Of a DNA stretch of 64,000 nt, positions 29,887 through 38,954 are shown piece by piece. The notes beneath the pieces were generated by a model. It was given only the letters and a program-made list of their open reading frames with translations. It did not search any database and was not told the origin of the DNA. A program made the position numbers and the translations under genes. This DNA comes from an uncultured candidate division Zixibacteria bacterium (GTDB lineage Bacteria > Zixibacteria > MSB-5A5 > UBA10806), in assembly GCA_963817915.1 (NCBI GenBank), contig CAWFQL010000012.1:192001-256000 (forward strand). Direction: 5' to 3'. Each line of letters opens with the position of its first letter. The stretch's first letter is position 1.

Positions 29887-31125
29887 TTATCGAAGTCGCT
29901 TAAACGCCAGACAGCAATTCCGGCCGCCGAAGCTCGAATTTACAGATAGAGCGGCTGATAATGATACCGACCTCGAAGCGCCGTTGAAGCAATTAATATC
30001 GCACAACGGGTCTCGGGGATAGCAATTGAGAGTTGGAGGCACGACTTGGCTTTTAATGGAGATTGCCACGATTGCGGCCTCAACTGCACCACATGCGCCA
30101 AGCAGATGGCCGGTCACAGACTTGGTGGAGCCGCAAAGAGGCTGTGAATCGATTGAGCCAAAGACATTCGAGATCGCGCGCGATTCGGAGAGATCATTGC
30201 TAATCGTGGCCGTGCCATGAAGATTGATATAACCAATGTTGTTGGACGTCACTCCGCTATTTTCGATTGCCTGAAAGATCGCCTTTGACAGCATGGCGGC
30301 CTCGGGATCGGGAGAGGTCGGATGATAGGCGTCGGTATTTTCCGCAAATCCTGCCAATTCGCAATAAATATTAGCATTCCTCTTGATAGCGTGTTCGAGC
30401 TCTTCAATCGCCAGGTACGCCGCCCCCTCGCCCAAAACAAATCCATCGCGATCCGCGGCAAATGGCCTGCAGGCTCCCGCCGGATCGTCATTTCTTCTAG
30501 ATAAAATTCCAGCATTGGAGAATGGCACCATCAGGTCTTTTTGAATTGGCGCTTCAGTTCCGCCAGCTAAAACAAAATCTAGTTCGCCATTTTGAATTGC
30601 TTTCAATCCCCATCCGATCGCGCTCGTTGACGATACGCTACCATGAGAAAGAGTTATTGCCGGTCCCCTGAATCCGTATTTCAGCGAAAGCGAGGCCGAT
30701 GAATTGCCGCACATTCCGTATATCAGCATCGTTGGGCCGCCGCGGCTATGATCGCCTTGTAGATATTCCGCATGTTGCTTAAGAATGATGCCGAGAGTGT
30801 TCATTGAAGAGCCGTCGATAACTCCGCATCTCTCTGGGTCAATAAAATTCGTATCAAGTCCGGAATCCGAAATCGCCAGATCGGAGGCTACCAGCGCGAA
30901 CTGCGCCGACCGATCAAGACGTCTGGCCAATTTCGGGGCAATGAACTTCGACGGATCAAAATCGCGAATCTCCGCCGCGATTTTTACAGGGGTACCATTT
31001 GGCGAAAAAGCTGAGATAGTTTTAGCTGCCGATTTGCAGGAGGTCACGTCTTCCCAAAGAGCTTTATGGCCAATACCGCATGGGGTCAGCGCACCTAATC
31101 CTGTAATAACGCAACGCCGTTTCAT
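29887..31125 (-). CDS. FabF-like beta-ketoacyl-ACP synthase family protein with Ser at the catalytic Cys position
   Basis: RRCVITGLG, RPFAADRDGFVLGEGA, DAYH, NLHGTAT, STKSVTGHLLGA, NSSFGG; active-site segment reads GPAITLSHGSVSS. Confidence 0.85.
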   Translation of the reverse strand: MKRRCVITGLGALTPCGIGHKALWEDVTSCKSAAKTISAFSPNGTPVKIAAEIRDFDPSKFIAPKLARRLDRSAQFALVASDLAISDSGLDTNFIDPERCGVIDGSSMNTLGIILKQHAEYLQGDHSRGGPTMLIYGMCGNSSASLSLKYGFRGPAITLSHGSVSSTSAIGWGLKAIQNGELDFVLAGGTEAPIQKDLMVPFSNAGILSRRNDDPAGACRPFAADRDGFVLGEGAAYLAIEELEHAIKRNANIYCELAGFAENTDAYHPTSPDPEAAMLSKAIFQAIENSGVTSNNIGYINLHGTATISNDLSESRAISNVFGSIDSQPLCGSTKSVTGHLLGACGAVEAAIVAISIKSQVVPPTLNCYPRDPLCDINCFNGASRSVSLSAALSVNSSFGGRNCCLAFKRLR

Positions 31126-33044
31126 TTATCATCACTCATTTCAGCATTAGCTGATGGCATGATTAAATTATAATTGTCATTTAATTTTCTCAGCGTAAAT
31201 TGACCATAGGCGCCGGGATCCTTCATCAAATGGGAAATAAGCTCTTTCTGCGGCTCCCCGGTGGCGAGAACATGTATTGTGTAATATCCGGTACTTTTCA
31301 GTACGATTGATCTATCGTATCCATCTCTTAATGGCGGGGCGGAAAATTCTAAGTCAGCCCAATCCCGCCTTGACGGCATATCGTAATAATCGCCATCATT
31401 TTGAGTAAGAGATTCAAGTTGATTTTTGCCATATGAATCATTTGCGAGAGCAGGCGATAATTCGGTAATGTTAATCGGCACATCCGGGGTGTAATCTGCC
31501 AATACGCTGTTTATCATCCAGAAGCCTGCAGTAGACTCCAAACGGATTTTAAGCGCATCACCCGGTATTTCGCGAATGTCGATCATTACCGCTTGATCCT
31601 TAGGCACGCTCGGACCGACCTCCCATACAAAATCGGCGTATTGCCAGGTCTGACCATTCCAGATTTGAATTACGAGCATCCCCTCTCTTACCATGATAGC
31701 CTGAAGTTTTTGGCGGGCTTCGACTGAATTATTCATCAGATCGTACCATTTATCTAATTCCGAGCCCTGCAATTTCAGCATCTCTCCCTGCATATATGCG
31801 CCCCAATTGGTGTTTTGCAGATTAAACGCCAATTTCACAAAATCGCTTTTAGCAGGTCGGGGAAAGTCGAGAGTAATGCCATCTCGAACCTCGGAAATAT
31901 TGTCAGGATTCCGTCCGAATGGGTTGCTTACCCAGAAATCCGAATCCTTTTTATAAACGAACCTGATGATATTATTTCCATTAAAATCAAAAGCCTTTGT
32001 AGGCGGAATAGGATTAGAGAAGGTATGCAATTTGCCATCGAACGAAGGAACGACAGTCGTATTAATCGGATGATCGACAACTTCTAATTTAAGCTCATCG
32101 ATATATTGTGTCTCTTCGAGTTCATTCGTGATTCGCAATTTGTATTTTCCGTTGAATGCCTTTAGATGATCGAGATTATCAAGGTCTGTTCGCTGAGCGG
32201 CCTTGAATATCGCGCCCCCGAATGTCTCGGAATCGAGAATATATTTCTCACCGTCGAAGCTGTAAACAAACGGACAGGACATTTGACCACCACTTGAAAA
32301 TGTGCCTCCCCCATTTCCACCTCCTATATCAAATGCATCATCGCTATTCAAGGCAATAACGATTAGTGTGACGTCTATTCCCAGCCCTACGAGAGCCCCG
32401 GCAATTTTGCCGTTGTTTGAACCCTTCACTGTTATTTGAAGTATTTTATCAATCGGAATATCTCTCTTATCAACTCCTATCTGCAAGCCTACTGCGGTCA
32501 TTAAGGGTATCTTCCCTCTATCCAGCATTTCGGAAATAGCCATAATATCGATTGAGTCACCATTGCTGTCTTGAATCGCCGCAATATTTTTGAAGGCGGC
32601 TGTACGAGGGATCGGTCGGCCTGTTTCTTTAATTGAAATACACGGAATAATACTAGAGCTATCGAATCGACAGTCAAATCCGTTAAACGCCCCATTGGCA
32701 ACCGAGCCATCTTTAAGCGTTAGAGAGATGGGTTTATTTAATGATGGCAGGTTATTGTAAGTAGTTTCGTACTCCCGAACTTGAGAATACTCATGGGAGT
32801 AGATATTTTCGGGAAGTTGGGCTATACCGGAATATTTGCCAAACAGCATTGTCCCATCTTTTAAATAAACCGTGATTTCTTTTCCTGTTTTTATCTTGGC
32901 GACCTGCCAGCCGGTATATGTTTTCTTCGCGCCGGCGTCGGCCATAGCCCCGATACCAAGGCCTATGAGCGTGCATCCGCCGACGTACAATATGAGAGAC
33001 GCCATAGTGATGAGCGTTATTATTGTAGTGATTTTTTTTGACAT
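31122..33044 (-). CDS. Large hypothetical lipoprotein with an internal hydrophobic helix and an SCPFVY-initiated C-terminal domain
   Basis: Start at the ATG at 33044 after GGAG; YVGG-C lipobox; GALVGLGIDVTLIVIAL; SCPFVYSFDG...ELEETQYIDELKLEVVDHP. Confidence 0.75.
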   Translation of the reverse strand: MSKKITTIITLITMASLILYVGGCTLIGLGIGAMADAGAKKTYTGWQVAKIKTGKEITVYLKDGTMLFGKYSGIAQLPENIYSHEYSQVREYETTYNNLPSLNKPISLTLKDGSVANGAFNGFDCRFDSSSIIPCISIKETGRPIPRTAAFKNIAAIQDSNGDSIDIMAISEMLDRGKIPLMTAVGLQIGVDKRDIPIDKILQITVKGSNNGKIAGALVGLGIDVTLIVIALNSDDAFDIGGGNGGGTFSSGGQMSCPFVYSFDGEKYILDSETFGGAIFKAAQRTDLDNLDHLKAFNGKYKLRITNELEETQYIDELKLEVVDHPINTTVVPSFDGKLHTFSNPIPPTKAFDFNGNNIIRFVYKKDSDFWVSNPFGRNPDNISEVRDGITLDFPRPAKSDFVKLAFNLQNTNWGAYMQGEMLKLQGSELDKWYDLMNNSVEARQKLQAIMVREGMLVIQIWNGQTWQYADFVWEVGPSVPKDQAVMIDIREIPGDALKIRLESTAGFWMINSVLADYTPDVPINITELSPALANDSYGKNQLESLTQNDGDYYDMPSRRDWADLEFSAPPLRDGYDRSIVLKSTGYYTIHVLATGEPQKELISHLMKDPGAYGQFTLRKLNDNYNLIMPSANAEMSDDK

Positions 33045-33084
33045 ATAATTCTCCATGTTTTTGGAAATGGTATTTAAATATCGT

Positions 33085-33960
33085 CTAAAAATCTGATCCC
33101 GGTCCACTCGACTCCGGCAATGGCAGTTCAATTTGCAGGTCGATTCCCGCGACAAAGTTCAAATGATCACTAAAGGATTTCCCAATGGGGATACGCAGAT
33201 GAACTCCGGGAGAAACGACGCTAAAGAACTTGCGAGCTTCGAATCCGATCTGATTTACTGATTTTTCGCCTGGATACATTAGCTCGTCTTTACTCAAAAT
33301 TGTCAATCCTGTCAGGGCGGTTTTTATCTGATAATGTTCATTTTGATAGCCAAATGTCGCGCTATAGTGAATTAAGAAGTCGCTGTCTCTATCAATACTT
33401 TTATCTGAGTAAAGCCAAAGGGTCGGCGCCACTCTGAAATGAAAAATAAGGCCGGACTTATTTTTAATGTATAAGTTCGGCCCGCCTTGCAATGAATATG
33501 TTTCCGAGGAAAACGCCTCCAGGCGATCAAAATCCGCGTACCGGCCCGTGATTATCGCATCAGGATTACGCTTATCGGCGATTGGCACCCTGACACCAAA
33601 ATCGAAAAAGAGCCCGGATTTATCACTGTTACTTCTGATTCCCAGAAGGAGATTTCCAAACGAACTCACTGAATTTGGGCGGGCATTCCAATCCTTATAT
33701 TTGATGCTTGAACTTACAAATGGAAATTCAGCGAACATGTTGATTTTTGAATTCAACGAAATAACCATGTCGAGGAAGACGGCCATGCCTGTAAGCTCAT
33801 ATGATTCATTTTTTGGGAAGCTTGGCATTGAAGCATCAATCGTAAACACTCGATTTCTCGCCGGATCGATCCATGCTGTTTGCGCAAGGCATTCACCAGA
33901 AAAAATAATAATTACGCCGGGAATCAGCGTGTATACTAAAAGGCTCACTAATTTTTTCAT
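33085..33960 (-). CDS. Hypothetical secreted, probable outer-membrane beta-barrel protein
   Basis: Signal peptide; alternating hydrophobic strands (FGNLLLG, FDFGVRVP, VAGIDLQI); GGAG SD. Confidence 0.6.
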   Translation of the reverse strand: MKKLVSLLVYTLIPGVIIIFSGECLAQTAWIDPARNRVFTIDASMPSFPKNESYELTGMAVFLDMVISLNSKINMFAEFPFVSSSIKYKDWNARPNSVSSFGNLLLGIRSNSDKSGLFFDFGVRVPIADKRNPDAIITGRYADFDRLEAFSSETYSLQGGPNLYIKNKSGLIFHFRVAPTLWLYSDKSIDRDSDFLIHYSATFGYQNEHYQIKTALTGLTILSKDELMYPGEKSVNQIGFEARKFFSVVSPGVHLRIPIGKSFSDHLNFVAGIDLQIELPLPESSGPGSDF

Positions 33961-34031
33961 CTTTATCTCCCATTTTCGGATTTTCAGTTATCCTCCCGCC
34001 GCGCATCGATGTCCTTTCATCAGTATGCTAA

Positions 34032-34048
34032 TGCAACTTGAATGCCGA
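34032..34048 (-). promoter_or_regulatory. sigma54 (-24/-12) promoter
   Basis: Minus strand reads TCGGCATTCAAGTTGCA: GG-N10-GC with TTGCA, about 70 nt upstream of the ATG at 33960. Confidence 0.72.
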
Positions 34049-34469
34049 TTAAAGGCCGCCATAAATAATCATGTCATCCTTTTGTATTTCAACAGGATAC
34101 GATTCTGAATTGAAACTATGATTTAGAATTGAAGGTGATATTCAGTAACCACCATAAGATGAAAGCGACAGGCGTTAGACTTGGTTAGCAGCGTTAACGA
34201 ATTATGATACAAGAGGATAAGCAGTGACTATGGCCATGGATATATAGTAACGGAATCGATACCAACTCCACTATATAAATTAATAAATGAGAGTGTTGCT
34301 AATGACACTCTATCGCCATTGACATTAGGCGCGAAGCATTACTCGTGTCAGGTAATATCAGTAGATAATCAGAAATTAGCATCAATTTATTATATGGAAA
34401 TTTGCGGAAACCGGAAAAAGGAATAGTGAGTTTTAATTTCAGCAAATGAAGTTTATGAAGGAGGTTTTT

Positions 34470-34838
34470 ATGCCGAGAGTCGTACATTTCGAGATCAATG
34501 CTGAAAACCCGGATAGAGCCGTTAAATTCTATCAGAATATATTCGGGTGGAAAATCAACAAATGGGATGGGCCGATGGACTACTGGTTGATCAGCACCGG
34601 CGATAAGGAACAACCGGGTATCGATGGAGCGATAATGAAGAAAACCAACCCGCAAGCGACTGTATATAATACCATCGATGTCAGTTCAGTCGATGAATAT
34701 GTGAAGAAGGTTGTCGCTAACGGTGGGAAAATACTTGTGCCCAAGGATGCGGTCCCGGGTGTAGGATATTTTTCATATTGCTCTGATACGGAGGGGAATA
34801 CATTCGGATTGATGCAGTTTGATCCGAATGCCAAATAA
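34470..34838 (+). CDS. VOC/glyoxalase family protein
   Basis: MPRVVHFEI...RAVKFYQNIFGW...GIDGAI...DTEGNTFGL; AAGGAGG SD. Confidence 0.9.
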   Translation: MPRVVHFEINAENPDRAVKFYQNIFGWKINKWDGPMDYWLISTGDKEQPGIDGAIMKKTNPQATVYNTIDVSSVDEYVKKVVANGGKILVPKDAVPGVGYFSYCSDTEGNTFGLMQFDPNAK

Positions 34839-34873
34839 TTTTGTAAGAATGGGCCTGTCGAATATATGAGTAT

Positions 34874-34906
34874 CGGGAGTTGTCGAATGATAGCTCCCGT
34901 TTTTTT
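34874..34906 (+). terminator. Rho-independent terminator
   Basis: CGGGAG(T)...(G)CTCCCG followed by T7. Confidence 0.7.
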
Positions 34907-34991
34907 GCCTCATAAAGCGTTGCGATATTCATGTCAAAATAGTATATTCCGCCGATGACCAATATGCTCGAAAAGTCAAGATCGGCCTGCT

Positions 34992-35537
34992 GTGCTTAAA
35001 ATTCCATTTCTCGAAATCTTCTTAATCAGCCTGGGCTTAAGCGCGGACGCCTTCAGTGTGGCTATGGCGGCAGGCGCGCATGGTTTTGAACCGCGGAGAA
35101 TATTCCGACTCGCATTCCATTTTGGATTATTTCAGTTCATGATGCCGATCATCGGATGGTTTGGCGGGGATATTATTTCAAAGTATGCGGGTAATTATGG
35201 GCCGTGGGGCGTGCTGATTTTACTGGCAGTTATCGGTGGTAAAATGATTATAGATGGAATTAAGAATGAACCTGAAAAAGCAATTGATCTTTCGCGCGGC
35301 TGGTCGCTGGTGTCATTATCGATAGGGACGAGTATTGACGCGCTTGGTGTTGGTTTCGGATTCGGTTTGCTTGAAATCCCGATTCTTCTTCCGGCGACGA
35401 TCATAGGCGTTGTTTGCGCCGCGATAACGACAATTGGGTTGTATTTGGGTGTTAAGCTGTATGACAGGCTTGGTCATCGCGCGATGATTTTTGGCGGAGT
35501 CATATTGATCATCATTGGCATCAAGATGGTAATTTGA
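34992..35537 (+). CDS. mntP: Manganese efflux pump MntP
   Basis: LGLSADAFSVA, FGLFQFMMPIIGW, GTSIDALGVG; the true start may lie at 34955 (see findings). Confidence 0.88.
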   Translation: MLKIPFLEIFLISLGLSADAFSVAMAAGAHGFEPRRIFRLAFHFGLFQFMMPIIGWFGGDIISKYAGNYGPWGVLILLAVIGGKMIIDGIKNEPEKAIDLSRGWSLVSLSIGTSIDALGVGFGFGLLEIPILLPATIIGVVCAAITTIGLYLGVKLYDRLGHRAMIFGGVILIIIGIKMVI

Positions 35538-35608
35538 TAATTAGATTAGAAACCATTCAAATAAGACAAAATTACAATTTCGAAAAAAATAGTGCGGATT
35601 GAGGGAAA

Positions 35609-36226
35609 ATGGGACTAACAGAAGTATTCATTGAACATATTACTGAGCTTATTCATTCGGCTGGATACGCGGGTATCACAGTGGCTATGGCGCTTGAAAG
35701 CATGATAGCTCCCTTGCCCAGTGAAGCTGTTATGCCATTCGCGGGATTTCTGATTTTCGAAGGGAAATTTACATTTGCGGGAGTGATTTTTTTCAGCACG
35801 TTGGGGAGCATTATCGGCTCGCTGATATCGTACTACATGGGCCTTTGGGGTGGACGGCCATTCGTAAATAAATTTGGCAAATATTTATTGCTCGACCAGC
35901 ATCATCTTGATATGACGGTCAATTTTTTCGGCAAATACGGCGACAAAACGATTTTCTTCAGCCGTTTTATTCCAGTTGTCAGACACCTGATTTCTATTCC
36001 GGCCGGAGTCGGGAAAATGAATCTTGCAAAGTTTTCAATCTATACAATTATTGGCGCCGGCATATGGAACAGCATCCTAACGGTAATAGGATATTATCTT
36101 AGAGATAACTGGTCGGTAATCAGGAAGTACGGAGAAATAGTTGATATCGTTGTAGTAGTTTTGATAATCGCGGCGATTGTATATGTAGTTTATCATTATC
36201 GGAAGAGAATGAAAAGAGTGAATTAG
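35609..36226 (+). CDS. DedA family membrane protein
   Basis: MALESMIAPLPSEAVMPFAG, RFIPVVRHLISIPAG. Confidence 0.92.
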   Translation: MGLTEVFIEHITELIHSAGYAGITVAMALESMIAPLPSEAVMPFAGFLIFEGKFTFAGVIFFSTLGSIIGSLISYYMGLWGGRPFVNKFGKYLLLDQHHLDMTVNFFGKYGDKTIFFSRFIPVVRHLISIPAGVGKMNLAKFSIYTIIGAGIWNSILTVIGYYLRDNWSVIRKYGEIVDIVVVVLIIAAIVYVVYHYRKRMKRVN

Positions 36227-36352
36227 AGTTACTCAAATATATCAATAAAGGGCGTATAAAATCGGCCACTTAATAAATCATTGACCCCAAGCTAAAAACG
36301 TTCTATAGTCTAATGTTGAAGAGCAAGAGCCTAATAGATTTTGGAGTTATCT

Positions 36353-37360
36353 ATGCCGGAATTTCGTCAAAATAAAGCTACAAAAGAATGGGTAATAGTC
36401 TCGCCCGAACGCAGCAAACGTCCCTCTGATTTTGCGGGTGAAATCGAAAAAAAGGCGCCACTGCCGTCTCATGATGAAGGGTGTCCATTCTGCGTGGGCC
36501 ATGAAGACAAAACTCCTCCGCCGGTTTATGTATTTCCGAAGAAGGGCGAATGGCAGGTGCGAGTTGTGCCGAATAAATTTGCGGCATTGAAGGCCGATCT
36601 GGCAACAACGAGGACCTGGGTGGGGTCATTTTTGGCGGTCAAGGGATTCGGGATCGCCGAAGTTGTGATTGAAAGCCCACAGCATAATAAGGATATAGTG
36701 AATATGTCGTTAGGCGAAGTCGGCAGTATTCTGACCAGCTACCGGGAACGGCATATCGAAATCGCCAAAAACGAAAATATCAATTTAATAACAATATTCC
36801 GCAATCATGGAATTCTGGCCGGAACATCGCTTGAACATCCTCATTCCCAGATAATCGCGACACCGATTGTTCCGCCTCATGTTCGTTACCCGATCGAGCA
36901 GGCGATACTTCATTTCGATAAATACGGCACCTGCGTATTTTGTGAATCGATTGAAGAAGAGAGACGTCAGAAAGAGCGGATAGTAATCGATACCGATCTG
37001 TTTGTGGCGTTTTGTCCGTTTGCGGCCCGCAGCCCATTCGAGGTGCGAATTTTTCCCAAGAGGCATATGCCGAGCTTTATGTCTATAGATGATGAGGAGA
37101 TTCAGGAGCTTGCCTGGCTCTTGCGGGAGGTTCTGTCAAGAGTACATGGATGTCTGGGAAATCCCGATTATAATTATGTAATCCGTTCGAGTCCGATCGG
37201 CGATGAAGACACGAGGCATCTTCATTGGTATTTGGTCATAATACCCAAGATCACCACGCCTGCCGGATTTGAAATCGGCTCAGGCATTTATATTAATATC
37301 GTGCCTCCGGAAGAATCCGCACGTTATCTTCGAGAAACCGTGACTGATAAAAAAAGCTAA
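36353..37360 (+). CDS. galT: Galactose-1-phosphate uridylyltransferase (HIT superfamily)
   Basis: WVIVSPERSKRP, CPFCVGHE, VVPNKFAAL, GTSLEHPHSQI, AGFEIGSG. Confidence 0.9.
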   Translation: MPEFRQNKATKEWVIVSPERSKRPSDFAGEIEKKAPLPSHDEGCPFCVGHEDKTPPPVYVFPKKGEWQVRVVPNKFAALKADLATTRTWVGSFLAVKGFGIAEVVIESPQHNKDIVNMSLGEVGSILTSYRERHIEIAKNENINLITIFRNHGILAGTSLEHPHSQIIATPIVPPHVRYPIEQAILHFDKYGTCVFCESIEEERRQKERIVIDTDLFVAFCPFAARSPFEVRIFPKRHMPSFMSIDDEEIQELAWLLREVLSRVHGCLGNPDYNYVIRSSPIGDEDTRHLHWYLVIIPKITTPAGFEIGSGIYINIVPPEESARYLRETVTDKKS

Positions 37361-37397
37361 TCTGCTTTATTATTCATGATAGGTCAGGCATCGAGTA

Positions 37398-37760
37398 ATG
37401 CTTAAGAAAATTGAATCGTTAATTTTGACTTCCGACAAATATGAAGATTCAATTTCATTTTTCAGGGATAAATTGGGGTTAGAGATGACCCACGCCGTGG
37501 ATAATATGTCTCAATTTTCACTCGATGGATTTCCATTATTTCTGGCCCGGGCTAATGGTGGTTCGGGCGTATTCATCTCGATTGAAACGGATGATATCGA
37601 AAAGGATTTCGAGATGATGGAAAATAATGGCATTGAATTCAGGGAGCCGATCAAGGTTTTCGAGAGCGGAGATAAATCGGCGTTTTTTAAAGGCCCGGCA
37701 GGCTCTGAATTTATGCTTTACCAGCCGGAACCGGCGGATAAGAATAAAGATAAAACTTAG
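37398..37760 (+). CDS. VOC family protein
   Basis: SISFFRDKLGL, ISIETDDIE, AFFKGPAG. Confidence 0.78.
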   Translation: MLKKIESLILTSDKYEDSISFFRDKLGLEMTHAVDNMSQFSLDGFPLFLARANGGSGVFISIETDDIEKDFEMMENNGIEFREPIKVFESGDKSAFFKGPAGSEFMLYQPEPADKNKDKT

Positions 37761-38025
37761 TAATTCATTCTCTAATTGAAAAGTAGGTCCGGGGGCCAGC
37801 GCCACCATGTCCATGCTCTCTGGCATATCGAGCTCCAATAAATGATTTTCCTGTTGCTGCTGATTGGAATGGCGATTGCGCAGTTAATGGGATGGACGTA
37901 ACCTACGGTGTTGATTATTATAGAGGTCGTCAGCCAGACATCAAGTGGTGCCCGGATTTTACACCAGATACACCGTAGAATAAAATGACGTGCCTAATTG
38001 TATCAATAATAAAGGAGGATCTCGA

Positions 38026-38763
38026 ATGATTAATTCAATGGTAAGATACTTATTGCGGACCATAATCGTTTTATCAGCATTACAATCTGTAGCATTTGCT
38101 CAGGCTGACAGTAGTGATGCGCAAAGATCAATTGTTAGGTCTCTGGTAGAGCGATTCCATTTAAATCCAAGATTTGGATTAAGAATGCTTATAGACCCTG
38201 ATGGTTCGATTCGCAATATCGAAACTCCGCTATTAAATGCCGGCTTGACTTCTTCTCAACCGTTAGACCGAGCCTATGAATTTCTGGAAAGACATGGCGA
38301 TATATTCCATTTAGCTAACCCCCGTCAAGAGCTTATTCTTAAAGATAGTGTCACTAGCGATTCCCCTTATAGCGGGCGTTCTGCTTTTATCAATTTTGAA
38401 CAAGTTGTTAATGGAATTAAAGTACTCGATGGAGGGTTTGGCTTTCATTTTAAGTCTGACAGTAGTAACACCCTGTCAATACTCAGCGTTGGCTCTTCCT
38501 ATTACACTGAATCTCGGAACATTAATACTACTCCGACGATAAGCATGGAGAGAGCCAAAGAGATTGCCCTGAGCGACCCTGCGCATAATGGCCTTACACC
38601 AGGAATATATAAGGACCCTGAGCTCTATATTGATCGCATTGATGGTGTGTTTCATCTAATATGGAGACTCGGTGTCTTAGGCGGCGGGTATAATGGAGCC
38701 GCCCTGTATATTATAGATGCTCATTCTGGCCAAATATTGGTGGCCAAATGCTCTATAATATGA
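38026..38763 (+). CDS. Secreted protein resembling an isolated M4/M36 peptidase propeptide (FTP plus PepSY)
   Basis: AAAGGAGG SD; signal peptide (AFA-Q); FEQVVNGIKVLDG, PTISMERAKEIA, LIWRL, YIIDAHSGQIL. Confidence 0.65.
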   Translation: MINSMVRYLLRTIIVLSALQSVAFAQADSSDAQRSIVRSLVERFHLNPRFGLRMLIDPDGSIRNIETPLLNAGLTSSQPLDRAYEFLERHGDIFHLANPRQELILKDSVTSDSPYSGRSAFINFEQVVNGIKVLDGGFGFHFKSDSSNTLSILSVGSSYYTESRNINTTPTISMERAKEIALSDPAHNGLTPGIYKDPELYIDRIDGVFHLIWRLGVLGGGYNGAALYIIDAHSGQILVAKCSII

Positions 38764-38783
38764 TCTCGCTTCTGGATCATTTT

Positions 38784-38820
38784 TCGGCACCGGGGGATTA
38801 TCCCGGTGCCGATTTCTTTT
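38784..38820 (+). terminator. Rho-independent terminator
   Basis: TCGGCACCGGG...CCCGGTGCCGA followed by TTTCTTTT. Confidence 0.75.
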
Positions 38821-38919
38821 GCCTGTAGTGGCAGGTCTCCGCACAAGTCACAATTATCAGATTTGTCATCGGGTGTGGAGACGCGAGGACGCCTTGATTG
38901 CGTTCCCAAATAGCATTAA

Positions 38920-38948
38920 TTGACATTGCCCTCTAATCTTCTTATTTT
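38920..38948 (+). promoter_or_regulatory. sigma70 promoter of the tilS operon (leaderless)
   Basis: TTGACA-N17-TATTTT-N6-ATG. Confidence 0.6.
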
Positions 38949-38954
38949 CTCTCT

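Noticed and set aside
33467..34108. 213 aa plus-strand ORF, and similar antisense ORFs such as 18730-19368, 24210-24767 and 49846-50379
   Set aside because: They are shadows of well-supported genes on the opposite strand and show no recognisable motifs.
34840..34991. yybP-ykoY Mn riboswitch upstream of mntP
   Set aside because: The GGGAGT hairpin is better explained as the VOC gene terminator, and a promoter lies downstream of it.
37536..37838. Minus-strand 100 aa ORF extending into the spacer before the PepSY gene
   Set aside because: Mostly antisense to the VOC gene; no SD or recognisable family, though a decayed fragment cannot be excluded.
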